In this document: positions 39,794-47,640 of the stretch, piece after piece
How positions within the stretch are numbered: the stretch's first letter is position 1
Layout: every line of letters begins with the position of its first letter
Assembly (NCBI GenBank): GCA_944376845.1
Contig: CALWDZ010000001.1
Coordinates: 66,863-130,862 of the forward strand
DNA: 64,000 nt
Direction: 5' to 3'
Origin: an uncultured Clostridia bacterium
Lineage (GTDB): Bacteria > Bacillota > Clostridia > Christensenellales > UBA1242
Program-made: the position numbers and the translations under genes
The notes under the pieces: generated by a model
What the model saw: the letters and a program-made list of their open reading frames with translations, nothing else
Database searches by the model: none
Told to the model about the DNA's origin: nothing

Positions 39794-39845
39794 ATTTTCC
39801 CCACCTTAATGAGCATAAGCGAATATAAATAATTTCATCGGTCGA

Positions 39846-39860
39846 CACTCATTCCAACCA
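39846..39860 (+). repeat. 15-nt direct repeat of the tRNA 3' end (att-like scar)
   Basis: CACTCATTCCAACCA is identical to 39746-39760 and lies exactly 100 nt downstream. The preceding TCGGTCGA looks like a deleted T arm. Confidence 0.8.
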
Positions 39861-39865
39861 CATTG

Positions 39866-39891
39866 AAACCCTGATTTTATCGGGGTTTTTT
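39866..39891 (+). terminator. Second hairpin plus T run
   Basis: AAACCCTGAT-TTT-ATCGGGGTTT, followed by TTT. Confidence 0.55.
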
Positions 39892-39923
39892 CATTGTTTC
39901 AGATAAGTTTTTAATTTTTTAGT

Positions 39924-40080
39924 CTGTGCCTATTTTTTAAAATTTTTCTAAAAATAGGCACAGGATTTTAGAACTATTTTTTTACATAAACTCATTTTTC
40001 TCAAAAAATGCAAAATACTAACATTGACTAACATAAACTGGTATAAAACTGGCACATAGGCACAGGAATAGGCACAGGAT
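39924..40080. repeat. ATAGGCACAGGA motif cluster (one inverted pair plus 2.5 tandem copies)
   Basis: An inverted repeat pairs CTGTGCCTATTTT (39924-39936) with AAAATAGGCACAG (39951-39963). A tandem GGCACATAGGCACAGGAATAGGCACAGGAT lies at 40051-40080. Confidence 0.7.
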
Positions 40081-40221
40081 TTCATTTCGGTGGTTATAGT
40101 TCCAAACTTTCATACCATTTACACAAGTTGCAGTAGGCATTTGTGACAAAATAAGCAAATGAGGTCCTCCACCGTAGTTCTAACTTTGTTTTCTTCCATT
40201 TTTTCTCCTAATTTTTATAAA

Positions 40222-40306
40222 TAGTCTAATAATATGCATTTTATAATTTTATAAATGTCTAAAAATATGCAAAAATTACAAAGATGATAGTCTAAAAATA
40301 TGCAAA
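40222..40306 (+). repeat. Three direct repeats of (T/A)(A/T)GTCTAA(T/A)AATATGCA at ~33-nt spacing
   Basis: The copies are at 40222-40238, 40256-40273 and 40288-40306, immediately upstream of the truncated DUF4143 fragment. Confidence 0.7.
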
Positions 40307-40312
40307 TTTGAA

Positions 40313-40819
40313 AAAGGCTCAACATCTAGGAAATTTGGAGAAAGCATACAATGGCTTATTGATGCTAATTTTGTTACTCCTGTATTTAATGTATCTCTGC
40401 CAATTCTCCCACTTGAAGCATATTCAAAAGAAGATTGTTTCAAAATTTATTTGTTAGACATTGGACTCTTGGTTTCCATGTATGGATTTGATACAAAAAC
40501 CGCAATTTTAGATAATTCTCTTATTGGACCAGCAAAAGGTGGAGTTTATGAAAATCTTGTCGCAGACATGTTAACAAAGCGAGGTTGCAAGCTTTATTAT
40601 TACAAGCGAGATAACAATTCTCAGGAAATTGAGTTTTTGCTTTCTCAAAATTCCAAAATAATTCCAGTTGAAGTTAAATCGGGAAATAGTTCTACTATTT
40701 CTTTAAATAATTTTATTTCAGAATTCAATCCACCATATGCCTATAAACTCATCAATGGCAATTTGGGAATTAGCGGTACCAAAATCACCTTACCTTTGTA
40801 TATGGCAATGTTTATTTAG
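40313..40819 (+). pseudogene. 3' fragment of an AAA ATPase (DUF4143-type) gene, paralogous to 61529-62866
   Basis: The open frame ...KFGESIQWLIDANFVTPVFNVSLPILPLEAYSKEDCFKIYLLDIGLL...IPVEVKSGNSS...LPLYMAMFI aligns with the C-terminal third of the intact 445-aa gene (...YLNDVGLL...IEVKSGKDY...LPIYFVMFF). The N-terminal ATPase part is missing. Confidence 0.75.
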
Positions 40820-40891
40820 TCTAATCTGAGTGCTTTTATGGCCCTCATTTTTAATGAATTTTCACATAAAGCACAACCTCTCGGCAGGTTG

Positions 40892-41413
40892 ACAAATCGG
40901 TAATCCAACAACCTATCGTAACAAAACTCTTGTTTGGTCGCACGGCAGACAACTTGACAACTTCGCAGATATTGCAGAATATAAATATAATGCTAGTGGT
41001 ATTAGAACTAGTAAAATAACAAATGGTTTTACTACAAATTATTATCTCAATGGTAATAAAATATTAAGACAAAAAGATGCAAGTAACACTATCACCTTCT
41101 TCTATTCCGCAGATGGCATAACTGGCTTCCACCTAAAAAACAATGTTGTTGATTCAGATTACTACTACAAAAAGAACATCCTAAACGAGATTATTGGCAT
41201 TTATTCGACAAATGGAACACAAATCGCCCACTATGATTATGATGCTTGGGGAAATTGTATTGTAAAATACTTGCAAGATGATGGTTCTTATGCTAACATT
41301 GAAAGTGGTTATAGTGTTACTGACACAACCATTATTAACCGCTTTATTGCTTTTAAAAATCCATTTAGGTATAGATCATACTATTACGATTTTGAAACTA
41401 ATCTATACTCCTA
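40892..41413 (+). pseudogene. RHS/YD-repeat core fragment (no start codon, no toxin domain)
   Basis: A 174-codon open frame without ATG/GTG/TTG near its 5' end, so it is absent from the track: QIGNPTTYRNKTLVWSHGRQL...YKYNASGIRTSKI...YYYKKNILNEIIGIYSTNGTQIAHYDYDAWGN...NPFRYRSYYYDFETNLYS*. It is homologous to 44512-45459. Confidence 0.75.
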
Positions 41414-41541
41414 AACAGATGATATTTCTACCCTAGATGTTATGCCAACAATTATTTTTTGAAATAAAATTGGTATATCTCACTTTCAAAATTGACAAAT
41501 ATTTTAAAATTTAAAATAATATTACAGTTAGAGAGTGTACT

Positions 41542-41864
41542 ATGTATTCAGTCAAAGAAAATCTAGAAGAACTCATGTCAAATCATAATCTAACATTGAC
41601 TCAACTGTCTGCAGAACTTAGTATTCCCTATAAGACGATTATGGCAATTATACTGATATAGATAATTTATTTTTATCTAGATATGAAGAACTTCTGAAAA
41701 TAAATAAAGTTACTCACTATAAAGTCACCAAAACTCTTGGCGTGAATATAAATATATCTCGAAAATGGCGTGCGGGAACAACTCCATCTCTTGCCGTGTT
41801 GACAAAACTAACAAATTATTTTGGTGTTAGTATTGATTATTTGATTGCTAGAAATAAACAATAG
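41542..41864 (+). pseudogene. Two XRE-family HTH gene remnants in different frames
   Basis: 41542-41661 reads MYSVKENLEELMSNHNLTLTQLSAELSIPYKTIMAIILI*, a truncated HTH. The frame opening at 41634 reads ...RYEELLKINKVTHYKVTKTLGVNINISRKWRAGTTPSLAVLTKLTNYFGVSIDYLIARNKQ* and lacks a start codon. Confidence 0.6.
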
Positions 41865-41974
41865 GACGTAGATTTATAGTTCTTAACTATATTTTTTTGA
41901 CATATACTAATATTTTTATTAAAATAAAATTTAAAATCTCTAAATTAAAAAATTACAAATGAAAATGGCGAACA

Positions 41975-42508
41975 ATGAATATTGAGAAGAAAACAAAAGT
42001 AAATTTTTTGGTTAAAGAAATTGGCAAAGGTAATGATAAGGCTTTTGAGGAGCTTTATAATCTAATTTACAAAGAACTATTTAATTTTTTAAGAAAATAT
42101 ACCTATGATATAGAAGATATAAAAGATGTAATCGAAAACACATTTTTAATAGTAATTGAAAAATCTAAAGATTTATTATTTTATCAAAATTGCTATGCAT
42201 GGATATATAAAATTGCCAAGTATCAGATGTTTAATGTAAATAGAAAAATAAAGCCCGAAGTTAAACTGGATAATATAAACACAGCATTATTAGGAACAGT
42301 TGATACTTTCTCTAGCATTTCCCTATCCTTTATTATTGATGCATTCCCAAAAGATTTAAAATTGATATTTTATTTAAGATATAATAATAATTATACTATT
42401 AAAGAAATTGCTAAAATAACTAACTTTTCTATATCAACAATAAAACGAAGATTAGCCGAACTCAACACTTTATTAAAGGAGCATTTTAATGAAAAAGAAG
42501 ATGGTTGA
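41975..42508 (+). CDS. ECF-type sigma-70 family RNA polymerase sigma factor
   Basis: Region 2-like AFEELYNLIYKELFNFLRKY...IENTFLIV and region 4 HTH YTIKEIAKITNFSISTIKRRLAEL. Confidence 0.75.
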   Translation: MNIEKKTKVNFLVKEIGKGNDKAFEELYNLIYKELFNFLRKYTYDIEDIKDVIENTFLIVIEKSKDLLFYQNCYAWIYKIAKYQMFNVNRKIKPEVKLDNINTALLGTVDTFSSISLSFIIDAFPKDLKLIFYLRYNNNYTIKEIAKITNFSISTIKRRLAELNTLLKEHFNEKEDG

Positions 42509-43136
42509 AAATGAAAAACTTAATAGTTTGGCAAAAGAGTATTTTACTGATGATTTTTCTGAACTTGAGCCTAACAGAATAAATGAATTAAAAAACAAGG
42601 TCAATGAAAATAAACCAAATAAAAAAGGTTTTTGGTTAAAATTTGCATATGGTGCAACAGCAGTATGTTGCTTGATTGCTTTATGTATTGTTCTACCCTT
42701 TGCACTAAGACCAGAAGAGTTATACACATATACCGATTTAGTAAGGCACGATCTTACTTTAGATTATTGCCAAGAATATATAAATGAAAATTACCCTAAA
42801 TATGCTTTTATATTTGATGATTGTGACATTACAACAACTTATGGTCAATATGCAGATGACGAAATGTACATTTTGGGACTAACTGGCAATAAAAAAGATA
42901 TTCCATATACTTACATCGAATTAAATTTAATAATAAACCAAGATATTGACTACCCTGAAAGAGAATATTATATCATGGGAGCAGAAATAACACAGAATGA
43001 CAATTATGTGTTATACAAAACAATTGCAAACGATTTTGAAAATCAAGGATTATACGCTTTATTTGACTATAATAATTATGATTTATATTTAAGATTTAAT
43101 ATAAATGATGAAGAATTTTTAAATAAATTTTTATAA
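42489..43136 (+). CDS. Putative anti-sigma factor (single-pass membrane protein)
   Basis: It overlaps the sigma gene by 20 nt. It has a short cytoplasmic N-terminus, the TM segment FWLKFAYGATAVCCLIALCIVLPFAL and an extracytoplasmic domain. Confidence 0.5.
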   Translation: MKKKMVENEKLNSLAKEYFTDDFSELEPNRINELKNKVNENKPNKKGFWLKFAYGATAVCCLIALCIVLPFALRPEELYTYTDLVRHDLTLDYCQEYINENYPKYAFIFDDCDITTTYGQYADDEMYILGLTGNKKDIPYTYIELNLIINQDIDYPEREYYIMGAEITQNDNYVLYKTIANDFENQGLYALFDYNNYDLYLRFNINDEEFLNKFL

Positions 43137-43187
43137 ATTTGGACCATTTTTAGTCTCTGCTAACATAAATATAGCGGAGGTTTTTTT

Positions 43188-44006
43188 ATGATAAAGAAAT
43201 TTTTACTTTCAAGTTTTGCATTTTTAATGCTTTTTATGGGGTGTGGCTTTACATATAGCATACCGAATGCTTCGCCTAGCAAGGAAAATTATTATGGTGC
43301 ATGGTACAATGGGGCTGGTCAGACAGAAGATGTCTACCAAACAATATATTTTGATGAATATGAATATACAAGAGAACTTATAGACATCACCTGTCCTGCT
43401 TATGATACTATCACTCAAGAAAATTCTTGTGCTCCTATAGCAGCAACCATTGTGATTGCATATTACGATGTGACACTTACGAATTTAATTCCAGATTTTG
43501 AGCCTGGTCACACCTATAACGGAATATATTATTTTGCTCCTATCTCTTACACTACACTAGATTTAAAAGAACATCTATATGATTTAATGGGAACAAACCA
43601 ATCTGGAGCAGGAACAAGCGTTTCTCAATTTAAAAGTGGCATGACTGAATATGTCAATGGTCAAGGCTATTCTATACAATATCAGTCTATAGGAAGAAAT
43701 GTTTCTACAGCACGAAGTTGCTTTCAAAATGAAACGCCTGTTGTTTTATTCTTAAATTCTTTTGAATACTATCGTTCTATGGGATTAGTAATCAATGACG
43801 ATAATATACAAATGCTTGGCATGAAGTCATCCAGTATGCATGTTGTTGTGGCATATGGCTATCACGAATTTAGATTTTACAAAAATAATCAACTAACAAG
43901 AACTGATAAATATTATATTGTTGCATTTGGCAATGGAACTTATGGCTATTTGCTTATAAACGATTTAAGTACCATAAATGAAGCCTATGCAATAACAATT
44001 TACTAA
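43188..44006 (+). CDS. Lipoprotein with a papain-like/C39-like cysteine peptidase fold (putative)
   Basis: Lipobox LMLFMGCG. A candidate catalytic Cys lies in QENSCAPIAATIVIAYYD and a candidate His in SSMHVVVAYGYHEF. Confidence 0.45.
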   Translation: MIKKFLLSSFAFLMLFMGCGFTYSIPNASPSKENYYGAWYNGAGQTEDVYQTIYFDEYEYTRELIDITCPAYDTITQENSCAPIAATIVIAYYDVTLTNLIPDFEPGHTYNGIYYFAPISYTTLDLKEHLYDLMGTNQSGAGTSVSQFKSGMTEYVNGQGYSIQYQSIGRNVSTARSCFQNETPVVLFLNSFEYYRSMGLVINDDNIQMLGMKSSSMHVVVAYGYHEFRFYKNNQLTRTDKYYIVAFGNGTYGYLLINDLSTINEAYAITIY

Positions 44007-44018
44007 TAAGGGAAAGAC

Positions 44019-44432
44019 ATGAATACAAAAGAAGAATTACAAAATTGTCTACACGAAATAAAATTTCAAAAAATATTAAAAGTTGAATTAAATAACCATT
44101 TTGAAGATTTATTTAATTTACAAGACAAAAAATTATGTCATATAGATAGATACATAAAAATCAATGAACAAATTGAAATTATAGAAAAGTTAATTGAAGA
44201 AAGCGAACAAATAGTCAACAAAATCAAACTAAAAATGAACAAAATAAACCAACCGTATAAAAACATATTATTTTTGCGATATATAAACGGAAAATCTTAT
44301 GATGACATTGCGTTTATAACACATTATTCCACAGCAAGAATTTTCCAATTACATAGAGAAGCAGTTGATATATATGATAAGAAATTTTCTAATAGTAGTA
44401 ACTCAAATTACAACGATGACAAATCATTATAG
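44019..44432 (+). CDS. Sigma-70 region-4-like small protein (phage RinA/ArpU/DUF1492-like)
   Basis: YKNILFLRYINGKSYDDIAFITHYSTARIFQLHREAVDIY is a region-4-type HTH preceded by a coiled-coil-like N-terminus. Confidence 0.5.
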   Translation: MNTKEELQNCLHEIKFQKILKVELNNHFEDLFNLQDKKLCHIDRYIKINEQIEIIEKLIEESEQIVNKIKLKMNKINQPYKNILFLRYINGKSYDDIAFITHYSTARIFQLHREAVDIYDKKFSNSSNSNYNDDKSL

Positions 44433-44511
44433 TAAATTATAGTAGGTTATAGTAATCAAAAATTCTTAGGCATTTATAATTTTGTTTGTTAAATAAAGGG
44501 AGAACAAATAA

Positions 44512-45459
44512 ATGTTTAAGAAAACAGATGAAGACGAAGTTATTAAAGATAACACAAAATATATCTATGATGAAAATAATAATATCAAGGTTAAGTATAC
44601 CTATGATGAATTTTCTAGACTTGTAAGAGAAGATAATAAGGAATTAAATAAAACTTTCATCTACTCTTATGACAATGATGGCGATATTATTGAAAAGTTA
44701 GAAACTGCATACACCCTAACCAATTATGAAAACATTATTAAAGAAAATGTTACAGAAAAAGGCAATATATTTCAATATGGTTTTATTCTTAGAAAATCAT
44801 TTATTACCAAATATGGTTATACTGCCACTGGTTCGAAAAAATTACTTATATCATTTGATAATGAAAAATTTGAGTATGACAATTTGGGTTACCCAACAAT
44901 TTATAGAGGCACAGCATTTAAATGGAATCAACTAGGAAATCTTGAAAAGATAGGTAGTGTTGCAACATATAAATACAATGAAAGTGGAATTAGAATATCT
45001 AAAATAGTTGACAATCAAGAAACTAGGCTTTACCTGAGCGAAAACAAAATAATTGCTCAAGAAATAGTAAGCCTAGAAGAAAGCGAAAACTCCATAATAG
45101 ATATAATACTTTTCCACTATGGTGTTGGCGGACTTGTCGGCTTTAACTTAAATGGTACAGAGTATTTCTATAAAAAGAATATTTTTGGTGACATTATTGG
45201 CATTTATGACAATAACGGACGAGAAATAATAAAATATGCATATGATGCTTTGGGTAACCACAAAACTTTTGTTTTAAATGACGGACAATTTGTCGACATA
45301 ACAAATCAAACTACTTACACAAAAAGTGAACTTGATTTTATGACTATCGCCCTACTTAATCCTTTCCGCTATAGGTCATATTACTTTGATGAAGAAACTG
45401 GACTATATTACATAAATTCAAGATATTATGACCCAGAAACTGGAAGATTTATTTCGTAA
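44512..45459 (+). CDS. Stand-alone RHS/YD-repeat core protein ending at the conserved ...YYDPETGRFIS boundary (no toxin domain)
   Basis: It has its own RBS (AGGGAG 9 nt upstream) and an in-frame stop just upstream. YD repeats are present (YSYDNDGDII, YKYNESGIRISKI, YAYDALGN). The core end reads NPFRYRSYYFDEETGLYYINSRYYDPETGRFIS*. Confidence 0.75.
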   Translation: MFKKTDEDEVIKDNTKYIYDENNNIKVKYTYDEFSRLVREDNKELNKTFIYSYDNDGDIIEKLETAYTLTNYENIIKENVTEKGNIFQYGFILRKSFITKYGYTATGSKKLLISFDNEKFEYDNLGYPTIYRGTAFKWNQLGNLEKIGSVATYKYNESGIRISKIVDNQETRLYLSENKIIAQEIVSLEESENSIIDIILFHYGVGGLVGFNLNGTEYFYKKNIFGDIIGIYDNNGREIIKYAYDALGNHKTFVLNDGQFVDITNQTTYTKSELDFMTIALLNPFRYRSYYFDEETGLYYINSRYYDPETGRFIS

Positions 45460-45482
45460 AACATTTTGTAATTCTTTTTAAT

Positions 45483-45521
45483 AAAAACATCGGTGAGCAA
45501 AAGTGTGCGCCGATGTTTTTT
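45483..45521. terminator. Bidirectional terminator between the RHS gene and the aldehyde dehydrogenase
   Basis: AAAAACATCGG-16 nt-CCGATGTTTTTT. Confidence 0.6.
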
Positions 45522-45532
45522 ATAAATTTTAA

Positions 45533-46900
45533 TTAAAGAAATTTTTTAATCATTTTCTTTTTAAATTTTGAATGTGGTCTATATCTTAGTGGTACGTCCA
45601 TTTTTGTAGATTTGTTTATTATACTTTTATGGTGTGAAAATGTATCAAAACCACGTTTGCCGTGATATGCTCCCATTCCACTTTCTCCAACACCGCCAAA
45701 TGCTAAGCGTGGAGTTGTGAGATGCATAATTGTATCGTTTATACATCCCCCACCAAATTGAACACTATTTTCAAAAAAGTTTATGGTATTTTTGTTTTGG
45801 CTGAAAATATATGTTGCAAGTGGAGTATCATTGCGTCTTATTATTTCAAGTGCCTCTTCATATGTGCTATATGTTACCACTGGAATAATAGGTCCAAAAA
45901 TTTCCTCCGTCATGATAGGCGAATCAAGTTTTGGGTCAACCACAATGGTTGGCTCAATTTTTAGTGTTTGTCTATTAGATTTTCCGCCGTAGTAGATGTT
46001 TTGACCTTCAAGCAAACTTATAAGTTTGTCAAAATGTTTTTCTGAAATGATTTTGCCATAGTTTTCATCATCAAGTGGATTTTCTCCGTATTGGCGTTTA
46101 ATTTGTAAAACCAATTCATTTAAAAGTTTGTCTTTTACACTTTCGTGTACCAAAATATAATCTGGTGCTACACAAGTTTGTCCAACATTCATAAATTTTC
46201 CAAACACTATTCTTTTGGCTGAAAGTGGAATTTTGGCACTTTTATCTACGATGCAAGGGCTTTTTCCGCCAAGTTCTAAAGTGACCGTTGTCATATTTTT
46301 TTCTGCACTCTTTAGAACTTCATGCCCAACCGCTTTGCTTCCTGTAAAGAAGATATGGTCAAATTTTAAAGTCAAAAGGTCTTGGTTTGCCTCTCGCCCA
46401 CCTAGTATGCTTGCGATATACTTTGGTTCAAATGTTTTTGAAATTATATCAAATATAAGTTGACTTGTGGCTTTGGAATACGCCGAAGGTTTGACAATAG
46501 CGGTGTTCCCTGCGGCAATTGCGTCAACAAGTGGCTCCATTGTGAGCATAAAAGGATAGTTCCAAGGGCTCATAATGAGTACGTTGCCCTTTGGAGAAGG
46601 AAGCGTATAGGCTTTTGCTGGAAAATTTGCTATTTCTGTATGTACCCTTTTTGGCTTTGAAAAACTTTTTATGTGTTTCAACATATAATCTATTTCATTT
46701 ATTACAAGTGCAAACTCGCACATATAACTTTCTATCTCAGTTTTTCCAAGGTCGGTTTTTAATGCATTATATATATTTTGTTCATTGTCTAAAATTGCTT
46801 TTCTTAAATTTTTTAGTTGTCTTTTTCTAAACTTAATATTTTTAGTTTCCCCTGTCAAAAAATATTCTCTTTGATTTTGTAGAATCTGTGATGTTGTCAT
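45533..46900 (-). CDS. NAD(P)-dependent aldehyde dehydrogenase (class 3-like)
   Basis: VTLELGGKSPCIV (catalytic Glu motif), FMNVGQTCVAPDY (catalytic Cys), EEIFGPI, and FGGVGESGMGAYHGK typical of ALDH3-type enzymes. Confidence 0.9.
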   Translation of the reverse strand: MTTSQILQNQREYFLTGETKNIKFRKRQLKNLRKAILDNEQNIYNALKTDLGKTEIESYMCEFALVINEIDYMLKHIKSFSKPKRVHTEIANFPAKAYTLPSPKGNVLIMSPWNYPFMLTMEPLVDAIAAGNTAIVKPSAYSKATSQLIFDIISKTFEPKYIASILGGREANQDLLTLKFDHIFFTGSKAVGHEVLKSAEKNMTTVTLELGGKSPCIVDKSAKIPLSAKRIVFGKFMNVGQTCVAPDYILVHESVKDKLLNELVLQIKRQYGENPLDDENYGKIISEKHFDKLISLLEGQNIYYGGKSNRQTLKIEPTIVVDPKLDSPIMTEEIFGPIIPVVTYSTYEEALEIIRRNDTPLATYIFSQNKNTINFFENSVQFGGGCINDTIMHLTTPRLAFGGVGESGMGAYHGKRGFDTFSHHKSIINKSTKMDVPLRYRPHSKFKKKMIKKFL

Positions 46901-47045
46901 TATGTCCTCCTAATTTTTTTACAACCAAATGAAAGTATAGCATAAAATTATAAATAGAGTACTAAATTTATTGACATATTCTATGTAAATATGTGACAAA
47001 AGGTCATTAAAAGATGGTTTTAAGTTTGAATTAAAATTTAGATTA

Positions 47046-47206
47046 TAGACAAAATAAATAGACTGCCGAAAAACAAGTTAGGCAGGCTCGCAAAATGCAC
47101 AAAAGCAGGAGTTTAGTGACCTAAATGACTGTTTTTGTGCGTTTTGCAGTAAACGAAGCAAGAAAAAATTTTCAATTTTTTCGGTCACGCAGTTTTTCGA
47201 CAGTCT
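47046..47206 (+). repeat. Family-B ~161-nt structured interspersed element, copy 1
   Basis: Nearly identical to 53581-53742, with the last ~125 nt identical. It contains nested inverted repeats (see findings). Confidence 0.9.
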
Positions 47207-47243
47207 AAAAAAGGTTTGCCAAAATTTTGGCAAACCTTTTTTT
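47207..47243. terminator. Perfect palindromic bidirectional terminator
   Basis: AAAAAAGGTTTGCCAAAA/TTTTGGCAAACCTTTTTT. It overlaps the stop of the 47242-47640 gene. Confidence 0.8.
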
Positions 47244-47640
47244 AATTAAAAGTATCCATAAAATCTACATCAAAAGCAACTCCCAATTTTTCAAACATAG
47301 AAATAGTTGCTGGTGTTAAACCAATGATTGGTCGTTCATTAGTCTTTGTGAAAATCAAACTAAAAGTTGCTTTTCCGTTGTTGTTTGCAAGCACTTCTTT
47401 CAAATCGCCAAAATACTCGAAAATATGGCTAGTAAAACTTTCAATTGCTTGGTCGGTGTTGACATTTGTCGACTCCTTTGACCTATACCAAATTTTTGCT
47501 GCTTTGTGTGGACCTTTAGAATCTAAAAATGAGATTTTCTTATGTGCTTCAATGCCAAAATGCCTTTCAAGTTCATCCACATCCACATCTTTTTTAAAAC
47601 TAAGATGCAAACTTATATGATAACTATATTTTTCTTCCAT
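47242..47640 (-). CDS. DUF4279-like protein (family often seen as immunity-type partners in polymorphic-toxin loci)
   Basis: YHISLHLSFKKDVDVDELERHFGIEAHKK...ATFSLIFT...ISMFEKLGVAFDVDFMD fits the DUF4279 pattern as I remember it. Confidence 0.45.
   Translation of the reverse strand: MEEKYSYHISLHLSFKKDVDVDELERHFGIEAHKKISFLDSKGPHKAAKIWYRSKESTNVNTDQAIESFTSHIFEYFGDLKEVLANNNGKATFSLIFTKTNERPIIGLTPATISMFEKLGVAFDVDFMDTFN

Noticed and set aside
40892-45459. Calling the RHS fragments active polymorphic toxins
   Set aside because: Neither has a C-terminal toxin domain or an adjacent immunity gene. One lacks a start codon, and the other stops at the core boundary.
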